A stretch of DNA of 64,000 nucleotides from an uncultured Planctomycetia bacterium. Lineage in GTDB: Bacteria; Omnitrophota; Gorgyraeia; 1-14-0-20-64-10. Position 1 is the stretch's first letter; every line of letters begins with the position of its first letter. The translations under genes and the position numbers were made by a program. Where the stretch lies: positions 88,234-152,233 of the forward strand of contig CAZQXN010000002.1 of NCBI GenBank assembly GCA_964597545.1, written 5' to 3'. The notes beneath the pieces are model-generated. The model was given only the letters and a program-made list of their open reading frames with translations. It was not told the origin of the DNA and did not search any database. Positions 7,560 through 16,660 of this stretch are shown in pieces.

Positions 7560-10019
7560 ATGGCTATGCTCCCTGCAAAAGGGTTTAAGCGGTGCGGTTT
7601 ACTGCTGGCCCTCCTCCTGCTTGTTCTTTTGGGATTGCGGATTTCAGGCCCGCAGTCGGATACAGACATGGAGAAACATCCCTCCTTTGTTGAGCCCTCA
7701 GGGGCACCAGCCATTGCTCCCTCCCTGCCTGAGCCCTGCAGGGAGAAGGGCAAGGAGTTGCCCGATCCGATCCTGGTGGATGATTTCGAGACCGGCCAGA
7801 CCCACGGCCTCTTTGCCCAGCGCAAGAACCGCCTGGATGCCTTCCAGGGAACCTGGGCCAGGCGCCCATCCTATACAGTGATCACCAAGGTGCTGGACAG
7901 CCGGCCAGGTTCGGTGGGTAATGCCCTGCGCCTGGAGTACAACAAGGTGGGCGGCTGGTGCGGCTGGTACACCCTCTTAAACGGCATTGACATCTCCTGC
8001 CACAATGCCTTGACCTTCTGGGTTAAGGGAGAGGAAGGGGGGGAGCGCTTTGATATCGGCCTGGCCGATGACACGATGCAGGATTTGCAGATTGACGCCG
8101 TCTACGTCGGATCCATCAAATCTTTTCTGCCGGAGGGCATCACCACCCAATGGCAGCAGGTCAAGATCCCGCTGCAGTCCTTAAGATCGGAGTTGAATCT
8201 GACCCGGATGGGCTCTTTGGTTCTTTGGTTTAGGTACGAAGGCAAGGGGGCGATTGAGGTGGACGACCTTGTCTTTGCCTTTGATGAGGAGATAGAACGG
8301 ATCTTGGAGGAGAATATGCCCCGGGCCCAGCTGGATATCCGCTCTCCCCGGGCCATGTGGGTTTGGAAGTATGATCCGATCAACAATCTGGATGTGCGCG
8401 AGGAGCTCTTAGCCTTCTCTGAGCGCACAGCGATCCAGCGCTTCTATCTCTATCTGGGCGAGGAGCCCATTCCCCAGACGCCTGAAAATTACCAGCAAGG
8501 GTTGGCTGAGTTCCTCCGGCAGTGCCACGCACAGGGGATTGAGGTCCAGGCCCTTCAGGGCAACCCCGTTTGGGCCCTCAAGCGCCACCACTCCAAGGTG
8601 TTGAAGTGGATTGGGGGATTCTTGACTTACAACCGGACGCGCCCCCCCGAGGAATGGATTGACGGGGTGCACATGGACATTGAGCCGTATCTGACCTCTG
8701 AGTGGGAGACCGGCGATCAGAAGAAGCTTAAAGAAGAGTTTTTGGAGCTGATGGCCTCCTGCCGGGAGTTGATCGATGAGGAGAATGGACGCACCGGCGC
8801 TCGCGCCTCGACAGGCTCAGCGCGGACGGAAGATGCCGCGCTGCGGCCGTGGGCTGTGGGGCCGACGGCAGCAATCCCCTTTGTGATGGGGTTGGCGATC
8901 CCGCTTTTCTACGACCGGGAGCCGGAGATGGAGCGTAAACTTCTCGCCTTTCTCGATTACGCTGCCCTCATGGATTACTACGATACCGCCCGGGATATCA
9001 TTGATGCCGGTTGGTCCCATGTTGAGATGGCAAGGGAATTGGGCGTTGCGATGGTGATCGGCATTGAGACCCAGGATTTGATCCAGATGTCGCAGGGCAA
9101 GCGCCGCAACACCTTCATTGAAGAGGGATGGAACGATATGGAGGCGGAGCTGGCCGAAGTCACCAACGCCTTTGCGGGTAACCCCGCCTTTGACGGGTTG
9201 GCGATCCACTGTTATTACGCCTATAAGATTCTTCAGCGGGGGCGAAATGTCCCCACCCGGGAGCGGACCGGTAAGCTCCCCGGATTCACCGCCGCGGAGT
9301 TGCCTTTAGCCGCTCAGATTGACGGGGATCTCTCGGAATGGAACCAAGCCCAGTGGACGCGCATCTTCTTGCGCAAGCAGGCGGTCTATGGCGTCGGGGC
9401 GTGGGAGGGACCGAACGACTATTCCTTCAAGGTCGCTGCCGGCTGGGAGCCGGAGGCCCTCCTGCTGGCCTTTGATGTGACCGACAACACCCACATTCAA
9501 GAAAAACAGAAGGCCGACATGTGGGAGGGGGACCACCTTGAGCTTTGGCTGGATACCGATCTGGAGGGGGACTACGCCGAGGCCGTCAACTCCTCCGACG
9601 ATTTTCAGCTTGGGCTCTCCCCCGGGAATTTCAGCACCTTGCCGCCGGAGGCGCATGTGTGGGTTCCGTCGGTGGATCCCGATGCCTTGGCGGGCATCCA
9701 GGTGGCTGCCCGTAACACCGAAGCCGGATATGCCTTAGAGGTGCGCCTCCCCACAGATTTTCTATTTCAGAATGTTCGAAAGCGCGTAGGGGTGGGACCG
9801 GTGCACTCGGAGATGCCTAAACGGATTACCCCGGAGATGTTCGCCCTGCAGGAGGGGGTGCTCCAGTCGCATCAGCTTACGGCAGGGTTTCGGATGGGGA
9901 TCATGGTGGACGGCTCAGATTCGGATCTGGCCCGGCACCCTCAGAAATGCGTCCTCTCCACCTCAGAGGAACGGCAGTGGGGGGATCCGACCACCTTCAA
10001 TATCTTGGAGTTGCGATGA
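7560..10019 (+). CDS. Exported carbohydrate-active protein: CBM11/CIA30-like domain + putative TIM-barrel hydrolase + CBM9-like domain
   Basis: N-terminal hydrophobic anchor. GWCGWYTLL / LTFWVKG / WQQVKIPL; MWVW...GVHMDIEPY; IDGDLSEW...DHLELWLD. Start moved from 7527 to ATG 7560 (7566 also possible). Confidence 0.7.
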   Translation: MAMLPAKGFKRCGLLLALLLLVLLGLRISGPQSDTDMEKHPSFVEPSGAPAIAPSLPEPCREKGKELPDPILVDDFETGQTHGLFAQRKNRLDAFQGTWARRPSYTVITKVLDSRPGSVGNALRLEYNKVGGWCGWYTLLNGIDISCHNALTFWVKGEEGGERFDIGLADDTMQDLQIDAVYVGSIKSFLPEGITTQWQQVKIPLQSLRSELNLTRMGSLVLWFRYEGKGAIEVDDLVFAFDEEIERILEENMPRAQLDIRSPRAMWVWKYDPINNLDVREELLAFSERTAIQRFYLYLGEEPIPQTPENYQQGLAEFLRQCHAQGIEVQALQGNPVWALKRHHSKVLKWIGGFLTYNRTRPPEEWIDGVHMDIEPYLTSEWETGDQKKLKEEFLELMASCRELIDEENGRTGARASTGSARTEDAALRPWAVGPTAAIPFVMGLAIPLFYDREPEMERKLLAFLDYAALMDYYDTARDIIDAGWSHVEMARELGVAMVIGIETQDLIQMSQGKRRNTFIEEGWNDMEAELAEVTNAFAGNPAFDGLAIHCYYAYKILQRGRNVPTRERTGKLPGFTAAELPLAAQIDGDLSEWNQAQWTRIFLRKQAVYGVGAWEGPNDYSFKVAAGWEPEALLLAFDVTDNTHIQEKQKADMWEGDHLELWLDTDLEGDYAEAVNSSDDFQLGLSPGNFSTLPPEAHVWVPSVDPDALAGIQVAARNTEAGYALEVRLPTDFLFQNVRKRVGVGPVHSEMPKRITPEMFALQEGVLQSHQLTAGFRMGIMVDGSDSDLARHPQKCVLSTSEERQWGDPTTFNILELR

Positions 10020-11251
10020 ATCTTTCTATCGCACGATGCATCTTAAGGGTGGGACTAACAGCTTCCCTTGTGGTCACGGGCCCTCAGCGGTCAGCAGCCC
10101 GTGCTGAGGAAGGGGTGCCTGCTGCCGAATCCCCGGCTTTTGCGGGCACTCCATTGGGAGAGATACCCCCCTTTCCGGAGGGGACCCAACTGATTCCCAG
10201 GGTTGCCCGAGTGGCCGAACGGGGCCGGATCGGGGGATATGCGATGCGGCCGTCGAAATATGGTGTATACTATGACGAGCGTAACCACCGACCCGGTTCC
10301 AAGGAAGGGATCTACGTCCGCTACCGCAAGAAACCTTACCCCTCCTTCTGCGGCGCCTATTTGGTCATTGCGGGGGATCTCTCTGCCCATGCCACCATGA
10401 CCTTTTGGGTCAAGGGGGCCAAAGGCGGGGAGGCCTTTGAGATCGGCATGAATGATGTCGTCTCCAACCAGCGGGAGGATGCGGTGATGGTCGGCTCCAT
10501 CTATCGGTACCTTCCGCAAGGGGTGACCACTCAGTGGCAGCAGGTTAAGATTCCGTTGGAGGATTTTTTCGGTGCGGACCTACGCCGGGTCTTCAGCGTG
10601 GTCTTCAACTTCAACGAGACCGGAGAAGGGATCTTCTGGATCGATGAAGTCGCCTTTCATGAGGAGCAGTTGGTCTTCCGGGAGGATGAGATCCTAAGCC
10701 AAGGCCATCTCCTCGTGGACAATTTTGACCACGCCGATGTGAATCTCTTGGGACGCAAGGCCAATGCCTACAAGCGGCTGCCCTCGGTATGCCGCTTTGA
10801 TCGGGTGGAGTCGCCGCGGGTAGGGGACCATGGCCGGAGCTTGCGCTTAAGCTTCGAGAAGAAGTCGACCGGTTGGTGCGGCTATTACACGCTGCTCAAC
10901 CAGATTGACGGCAGCTACTATGACCTGACCCTCTACAAGGAGGTTGCTTTTCAGGTGCGCGGGGGCAAGGGCGGCGAGACCTTCGAGGTCGGAATGGCGG
11001 ATCGATCCTGGCAGACGATCGGCGATTCCGTCAAGGCCGACGCCATCGAGAAATACCTCCCTGCGGGGGTGACCACCCAATGGCAGGAGGCGGTCATACC
11101 GCTGGATGATTTCGGCAAATTGGATTGGACGCAGATGGGTTCCGTGGTCTTTAACTTCCATCGTCCCAGCGCCGGAGAGCTGTACATTGATGATCTGCGT
11201 TTGATCCGCAAAAGCGAGGAGGATCTTCTGGAAGCATGGGACGAAGAATGA
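10016..11251 (+). CDS. Secreted protein with two CBM11-like domains
   Basis: ATGA overlap with the upstream stop; signal peptide; two copies of CG.Y...F.V.G..GGE.FE.GM.D...YLP.GVTTQWQ...IPL.DF. Confidence 0.75.
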   Translation: MNLSIARCILRVGLTASLVVTGPQRSAARAEEGVPAAESPAFAGTPLGEIPPFPEGTQLIPRVARVAERGRIGGYAMRPSKYGVYYDERNHRPGSKEGIYVRYRKKPYPSFCGAYLVIAGDLSAHATMTFWVKGAKGGEAFEIGMNDVVSNQREDAVMVGSIYRYLPQGVTTQWQQVKIPLEDFFGADLRRVFSVVFNFNETGEGIFWIDEVAFHEEQLVFREDEILSQGHLLVDNFDHADVNLLGRKANAYKRLPSVCRFDRVESPRVGDHGRSLRLSFEKKSTGWCGYYTLLNQIDGSYYDLTLYKEVAFQVRGGKGGETFEVGMADRSWQTIGDSVKADAIEKYLPAGVTTQWQEAVIPLDDFGKLDWTQMGSVVFNFHRPSAGELYIDDLRLIRKSEEDLLEAWDEE

Positions 11252-11862
11252 TGAGACAGGCGGCCGGTATCGGCCTGTGTACCATCGCAGTGGCCCTCTC
11301 GTGCGCTCTTGCCTTGGCGGCAGAGCCGCTTCTCATTGATGACTATGAGGCCGGTGCTGCCAATCGTTTGGGGGGCCGCTCCAACACCTACGTCTCCGCC
11401 CCTTCCCGGGCGTTGGCGATGAAGACCGACAAAGAGGCGCACGCCGGAAAGAGCGCCTTGATGATCAAATACGACAAGAAGAACCAGGGGGGCCCTTATG
11501 GCCAGGGGGGGTGGTGCGGCTACTATACCCTCTTGAAGGTGGGGTCGCGCTACTTTGACGCCACCGAATACAGGGCTTTGACCTTCTGGATCAAGGGGAG
11601 CAGGGGGGGTGAGAATTTCGTGCTGGGGGCTGCCGATCGCCACTGGGAGCAGGTGGGCGATTCGGTGAAGTCCGAGCCGATCGGCAAATATCTGGCCGAA
11701 GGCAAAATCACCGCCGACTGGCAAAAGGCAGTGATTCCCCTGGATACCTTCATGATCGACATGCAGGAGCTTTCCTCCGTTTCCTTTTGTTTTGAGGGTT
11801 CGGTCTTCCCGGCCGGGGCAGGCAAGGGGACCCTCTTTGTGGATGATCTCACACTGGAATAA
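11248..11862 (+). CDS. Secreted CBM11-like domain protein
   Basis: ATGA overlap; signal peptide ending ALA; GGWCGYYTLL and LTFWIKG motifs. Confidence 0.75.
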   Translation: MMRQAAGIGLCTIAVALSCALALAAEPLLIDDYEAGAANRLGGRSNTYVSAPSRALAMKTDKEAHAGKSALMIKYDKKNQGGPYGQGGWCGYYTLLKVGSRYFDATEYRALTFWIKGSRGGENFVLGAADRHWEQVGDSVKSEPIGKYLAEGKITADWQKAVIPLDTFMIDMQELSSVSFCFEGSVFPAGAGKGTLFVDDLTLE

Positions 11863-11891
11863 TAAGCGGAATAATGTTAGGAGGTGTACGA

Positions 11892-12599
11892 ATGAGAAGG
11901 TTGAACGATGCATTAAAACGATGGAGCGCCCTCTCCGTCAAGCTGGCTGCGGCCGGTTTGGCGGTCGGGCTGCTTGCCCTCTCTGCCCGGGCGGCGGCTT
12001 CTCCGCTGCTGGTGGATGATTTTGAGGGGGAAGAAGTGATCAAGAATATGCTTGGCAATCGAGCCAACGTTTTCCTCAAGGCGCCCTCCAAGGCGATGGT
12101 CAGCCGTCGCTCGGAGCAGGTGAACGGCCAGGAAAGCCAGGTCTTGATGCTTCGTTATGACAAGCGCAACTCCGGCGGTCCGTATGACGGCGGGGGGTGG
12201 TGCGGCTATTACACGCTGCTCAAGTCCCCGGGTGCCTTGGTGGCGCCCACCGACGAGAACCCCAATCCCGAACCCCTGGGAGAACAGTACCTTGACGGCA
12301 GCGAGTTGACTCAGGTTTCCTTCTGGGTGCGCGGTGAGAAGGGGGATGAGAATTTTGTCTTAGGGATGTCTGACCGGCACTGGGACAAGATCGGAGATTC
12401 CGTCAAGTCCGAGGAGATCGGCAAGTATCTGCCGCAGGGACGCATCACCACCGAGTGGCAGAAGGCCGTGGTGCCGCTGGACGAGTTCTTCATTGACTAC
12501 GCCCAGTTGGCGGCCGTCTCCGTTGTCTTCGAGGGAGATCTCTTCCCGGAGACCGGCCACGCAGGGACCCTCTACATCGACAACATCACACTTGAATAG
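11892..12599 (+). CDS. Secreted CBM11-like domain protein (paralog of 11248-11862)
   Basis: GGAGGT RBS before ATG 11892; GGWCGYYTLL and DRHWDKIGDSVKSE.IGKYL shared with the neighbouring gene. Confidence 0.78.
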   Translation: MRRLNDALKRWSALSVKLAAAGLAVGLLALSARAAASPLLVDDFEGEEVIKNMLGNRANVFLKAPSKAMVSRRSEQVNGQESQVLMLRYDKRNSGGPYDGGGWCGYYTLLKSPGALVAPTDENPNPEPLGEQYLDGSELTQVSFWVRGEKGDENFVLGMSDRHWDKIGDSVKSEEIGKYLPQGRITTEWQKAVVPLDEFFIDYAQLAAVSVVFEGDLFPETGHAGTLYIDNITLE

Positions 12600-12606
12600 G
12601 TCCTGA

Positions 12607-13602
12607 GTGAAGCCAATCTCACCGACTGTCCGTCCCTTCGGGCGGGCTTGCTGCGGGCGGAGGTGGAGGGGGGCAATTGCGCTGGTTTTGGCCGGCTGCC
12701 TCCTCTTGCCCTCCGCCCTGTCAGCTTCTGGGGTTTCTGCCGCGGGCACAGCCTCCAAGGAGCAGGGCGCAGAGCGGCTTGCCCTGTGGGTGTGGGATGC
12801 GCGTGTGGTGACAGAGCCCCGCGCCCAGCATCGCCTGCTCAATTTCTGCAGGCGAGGCGGAGTGGGCATCCTGTATCTGTCTGCCTATGATCTGCGCGCT
12901 CCCATGGATAAGGCTTACCGGTCCTTTAACCGGCGGGCCCATGAGGCCGGGTTGGAGGTCCACGCCTTGGCCGGAGATCCCCGCTGGGCCAAGAGCCGAT
13001 ATCATCACATCCCCTTGAGATGGGCCGACTCGGTTCGCGCCCTCAATCAGAAGGCTCGCCCTGAAGAACGGTTTGACGGACTGCACACCGACATTGAGGC
13101 GTACCTGCTCTCCAAAAGCTGGCGGGAACGCCCCGAGGTGCTCTTGGGCAGCTACCTGGAGTTGACCCGCAAGCTCGCCGGCAAGGCGTGGGAAGCCCCG
13201 CATCCCATCGCCTATGGCGTGGATATCCCCTTCTGGTTTGACGACGACATCTCCTATCGGATTCTTTGGAACGGAAGCATTAAGCCTCCCTCGCATCACG
13301 TGATGGATTTCTCGGACTTTGTCACGGTCATGGCCTATCGGAATTTTGCCGAGGGCCCGGACGGCACCATCCATCTGGTGCGCCTTGAGATGGACTATGG
13401 CGATAAGATCGGCAAGAAGGTCTTTGTGGGACAGGAGACCCAGGAAGACCTTTTCCCCACCTACATTACCTTCGGCGGCACTTCTTGCCGAGTTCTCAAG
13501 CGCGAGATGGGGAAGGTCCGAAGCGCCTACCGGGATCGGACCAGTTTCGGGGGCTTTGCCATCCATCATTATGACAGCTATCGGAAGCTGTGCAGCCAAT
13601 GA
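12607..13602 (+). CDS. Secreted putative TIM-barrel glycoside hydrolase-like protein
   Basis: Signal peptide; LWVWD, GLHTDIEAY, MAYRN, GQET, FAIHHY motifs are paralogous to the middle domain of 7560-10019. Confidence 0.65.
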   Translation: MKPISPTVRPFGRACCGRRWRGAIALVLAGCLLLPSALSASGVSAAGTASKEQGAERLALWVWDARVVTEPRAQHRLLNFCRRGGVGILYLSAYDLRAPMDKAYRSFNRRAHEAGLEVHALAGDPRWAKSRYHHIPLRWADSVRALNQKARPEERFDGLHTDIEAYLLSKSWRERPEVLLGSYLELTRKLAGKAWEAPHPIAYGVDIPFWFDDDISYRILWNGSIKPPSHHVMDFSDFVTVMAYRNFAEGPDGTIHLVRLEMDYGDKIGKKVFVGQETQEDLFPTYITFGGTSCRVLKREMGKVRSAYRDRTSFGGFAIHHYDSYRKLCSQ

Positions 13603-14513
13603 GTGAGCAGAAGGCAGAAGACAGAAGGCAGAAGGCAAGGGGCCGGGCGGCTGTGGCGTGCTGCTTGCTGTTCGCTGCTTGTTGCTTACCGGTTTTTGCG
13701 GATGTGATCTATGACCTGGAGGGGGGTACCCTCCGAGGTTTGGTGGTGGAAGAGCATTGGGACCGGATCGTGGTGAGCACCGAATGGGGTGAGCAGACGA
13801 TCTTGCGCGAGACGATCGAGGAGATCTTTTTTGACGAGCCTGAGCGCAACCAGCTCTACCTGGGCAACCAAGCCTTAGGGGCGGGGGAGTTCAGCCTTGC
13901 CCAGGGCTTCTTCCGCAAGGCCTTGCGGCTCAACCCCAACTTCCAGGAGGCCAACGATGCCCTCGGCCGCCTTGAGGATCAAGAGGCCAAATTGGCAGCC
14001 CAATTTGACCTTACCCAACCTGTGCCGGTATTGCTCAACCGAATCGGAATGACGGTGGGGTTGACGGATCAGTTTTCCCAGATTCGAATGATCCGCGCAG
14101 ATTCTCCGGCAGATCGGGCGGGCTTGAGCATTGGGGATCTCTTGATAAGTTATTGGGGAGAGTCTCTGGGCTTTCTTCCGGTCGAGGAGATTGCGCGCAG
14201 AATCCTAGGCCCCCCCAGAACCGCCGTTACGCTCACCGTGCAGCGCGAGGTGATGCTCCCCTCTGCTTTGCCCTTTGAGAGGGACTGGCCGGCCATGCAG
14301 ATGGGGATGTCTCGATCCGGGCTTACGGTTCTGGAGGTGACCCCCAAAGGGATGGCTGCCCTGACCGGCTTGCGCTTGGGGGATCGCATTGTCCGGCTCG
14401 ACAAGCAGCCTACCCGCTACATGCCCCTCTCCAAGGCCCGGCGGGTTATGGCAGAGGCCAAGGAAACAGGCGTGACACTGGTCATTCAGCGCGATATAAC
14501 GCTTCAGCGTTAG
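13599..14513 (+). CDS. Exported TPR + two PDZ domain protein
   Basis: ATGA overlap; TPR-like YLGNQALGAGEFSLAQGFFRKALRLNP; PDZ-like SPADRAGLSIGD and AALTGLRLGDRIV. Confidence 0.75.
   Translation: MSEQKAEDRRQKARGRAAVACCLLFAACCLPVFADVIYDLEGGTLRGLVVEEHWDRIVVSTEWGEQTILRETIEEIFFDEPERNQLYLGNQALGAGEFSLAQGFFRKALRLNPNFQEANDALGRLEDQEAKLAAQFDLTQPVPVLLNRIGMTVGLTDQFSQIRMIRADSPADRAGLSIGDLLISYWGESLGFLPVEEIARRILGPPRTAVTLTVQREVMLPSALPFERDWPAMQMGMSRSGLTVLEVTPKGMAALTGLRLGDRIVRLDKQPTRYMPLSKARRVMAEAKETGVTLVIQRDITLQR
13607..13691. repeat. Heptamer repeat tracts (gcagaag x4, then cttgctg-like x5) within the signal-peptide coding region
   Basis: gcagaag gcagaag acagaag gcagaag ... cgtgctg cttgctg ttcgctg cttgttg cttaccg. 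Confidence 0.75.
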
Positions 14514-14562
14514 GAATCGGATTCCATTATTCTATCGATGTCATACAAGGAGGGTTACAGCC

Positions 14563-15132
14563 ATGGCGGAGAAGTTCCGACGAACCCATTACTTAACTGA
14601 TAAGTCTTTACAGATGCGGTATATGGTTTTGACCTTGTTGATGTTGGCGGCCTTCTTCGCTGTCTCCGTAGGGGTCGTCTATGTCACCGGATGGTCGCAC
14701 TTGGTCGAGAAGCTCTCCCAGATTTACCCGCAGGGGCGCTTGGTGGAGATCTTGCGATTGATTTATCTCAGACTCTCCCTGGGTTTCTTGGCCCTGCTTC
14801 CGGTGGCTTTGTTCTTGACCCTTTTCTTCTCGCACACCGTGGCGGGGCCCTTGGTCAGGATCAAGCGCTACCTTCGGCTCATGGCCAAAGGGGAGTTTGA
14901 CTTGGCCCCCTTGGTGCTGAGGCGCTTCGATGAGCTCAAGGATGTGGCGGACTTGATCAACGAAATGACCTCGAAGCTGGGACCCCGCTCTCATGAGCGC
15001 AAACGCCTGATCGACTCCCTTCAGGGGACGGTTCAGGCCCTCCGGCAGGATGTTCAGCGGCTCCCTTCAGCGGGGCAGGAGATTCACCGCAAGGTGAACT
15101 ACCTGGCCGACACCCTGCGCATTTTGGAGTGA
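14563..15132 (+). CDS. Two-TM membrane protein with a HAMP-like domain
   Basis: AGGAGG RBS; two TM helices; SHTVAGPLVRIKRYL...GEFD...LRRFDELKDVADLINEM. Confidence 0.75.
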   Translation: MAEKFRRTHYLTDKSLQMRYMVLTLLMLAAFFAVSVGVVYVTGWSHLVEKLSQIYPQGRLVEILRLIYLRLSLGFLALLPVALFLTLFFSHTVAGPLVRIKRYLRLMAKGEFDLAPLVLRRFDELKDVADLINEMTSKLGPRSHERKRLIDSLQGTVQALRQDVQRLPSAGQEIHRKVNYLADTLRILE

Positions 15133-15134
15133 CG

Positions 15135-15707
15135 ATGAAGCGACTACTCATTGCGGCACTGGCGGTTGGGGTGGCTTTTACCCCCCTGGTGCAGGCTCAG
15201 GAGGCGTTGCAGAGGGAGGGGCGGGACAGCGACGAAGACGGCACCCCGGATGAATGGTGGTATTACGGCCCGCTGACACCGGTGCCCGATGAAGATCCGG
15301 AGCTGACCAAGAAGCGAGCCCTGGTTCGGATTGAGCGGGACCGCGACGCCGACGGCAAGCCCGAGGTGTGGATCCATTTTGAAGCCGGCACCCACCTGCG
15401 CTCCGAGGTGGACCGCGATGCCGACGGCTCCCCGGACCTGGTGCGCTTCATGAAGGACGGGCGCCCCGAGCGGGAACAGGCCGACCTCAACTTCGACGGC
15501 ACCCTGGATGCCTGGGTCTTCTATAAGGAAGGGATCAAGGACCTGATGATCATGGACAAGAACTACGACGGCCGCCCCGATGCCTGGTTCTACTACGGGC
15601 AGGGGGGGTGGAAGCTGGTTTCCGGCAAGGTGGATGAGGATTTTGACGGCACCGTAGACCGCGTCTTCGGCCCGCCCCCCGAGGAGGAGACCCGCCAGCC
15701 CTGGTAG
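15135..15707 (+). CDS. Secreted protein with DxDxDGxPD (Ca-binding-like) repeats
   Basis: Signal peptide ending VQA; repeated DSDEDGTPD, DRDADGKPE, DRDADGSPD, DLNFDGTLD, DKNYDGRPD, DEDFDGTVD. Confidence 0.75.
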   Translation: MKRLLIAALAVGVAFTPLVQAQEALQREGRDSDEDGTPDEWWYYGPLTPVPDEDPELTKKRALVRIERDRDADGKPEVWIHFEAGTHLRSEVDRDADGSPDLVRFMKDGRPEREQADLNFDGTLDAWVFYKEGIKDLMIMDKNYDGRPDAWFYYGQGGWKLVSGKVDEDFDGTVDRVFGPPPEEETRQPW

Positions 15708-15713
15708 CTCCCC

Positions 15714-15742
15714 TTGACGGGGGTATTCCGCCGTGGTATAAA
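15714..15742 (+). promoter_or_regulatory. Sigma70-type promoter upstream of nagB
   Basis: TTGACG-17 nt-TATAAA with a TG extension. Confidence 0.6.
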
Positions 15743-15859
15743 GTAGATTCTATTTGATGGCCCCATGCAGCGCCAGGGGGCCTTCCGCGTGCCAAGGATT
15801 GTTCCATCTTCTTTGCGCCTACCGAGTTCCAAAGCAAACATAAGGAGGAGTGTTTCAGC

Positions 15860-16627
15860 ATGGAAGTTGTTATCAGAGATACCATTGACGAAGTTTCAAA
15901 GCTGTCCGCAGAGATCATTGCCGACATCATTCGGCGCAAGCCTCGCGCCATCTTGGGGCTGGCTACCGGATCTACGCCGGTTGGAACCTACAAGGAGCTC
16001 ATCCGGCTCCACAAAGAGGAAGGGCTCGATTTCTCTCGGGTCATTACCTTCAACCTCGATGAGTACGTCGGTTTGACGCACGATCATCCCCAGAGCTACC
16101 ACTACTTCATGTGGGATAACCTCTTCAAGCACATCAACGTCAACGCCAAGAATGTCCACATCCCCGATGGAACCGCCAAGGATGTCCCCGGCTTCTGCCG
16201 CGAGTACGAGGAGCAGATTGTCAAGGCCGGCGGATTGGACGCGCAGCTTCTGGGCATCGGCTCCAACGGGCACATCGCCTTCAACGAGCCCGGCTCCTCT
16301 CTGGGGTCCCGCACTCGCGTCAAGACCCTGGATGACCGCACGCGCCAAGACAACGCTCGGTTCTTCAGCAACCTCAACGAGGTTCCCAAGTATGCCATCA
16401 CCATGGGGATCGGCACCATCATGGAAGCTCGTCAGTTGATCTTGCTCGCCAACGGCGCCGGCAAGGCAGAGGCGATCGCCCAGACCTGCGAGGGCCCGAT
16501 TACCGCCATGGTTCCGGCGACCATCGTTCAGCTGCATCCCAAGGCGACCATTGTGGTGGACAAGGCTGCCGGTACGAAGCTCACCCGGGAATATCCCGCA
16601 GAGCCGCACGTACTGGTGCTCCACTAA
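15860..16627 (+). CDS. nagB: Glucosamine-6-phosphate deaminase
   Basis: GLATGSTP, TFNLDEYVGL, LLGIGSNGHIAFNEPGSS, AITMGIGTI motifs; strong AAGGAGG RBS. Confidence 0.96.
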   Translation: MEVVIRDTIDEVSKLSAEIIADIIRRKPRAILGLATGSTPVGTYKELIRLHKEEGLDFSRVITFNLDEYVGLTHDHPQSYHYFMWDNLFKHINVNAKNVHIPDGTAKDVPGFCREYEEQIVKAGGLDAQLLGIGSNGHIAFNEPGSSLGSRTRVKTLDDRTRQDNARFFSNLNEVPKYAITMGIGTIMEARQLILLANGAGKAEAIAQTCEGPITAMVPATIVQLHPKATIVVDKAAGTKLTREYPAEPHVLVLH

Positions 16628-16660
16628 ACGACCCGACAGAAAACGAAACGGATATCAGCG

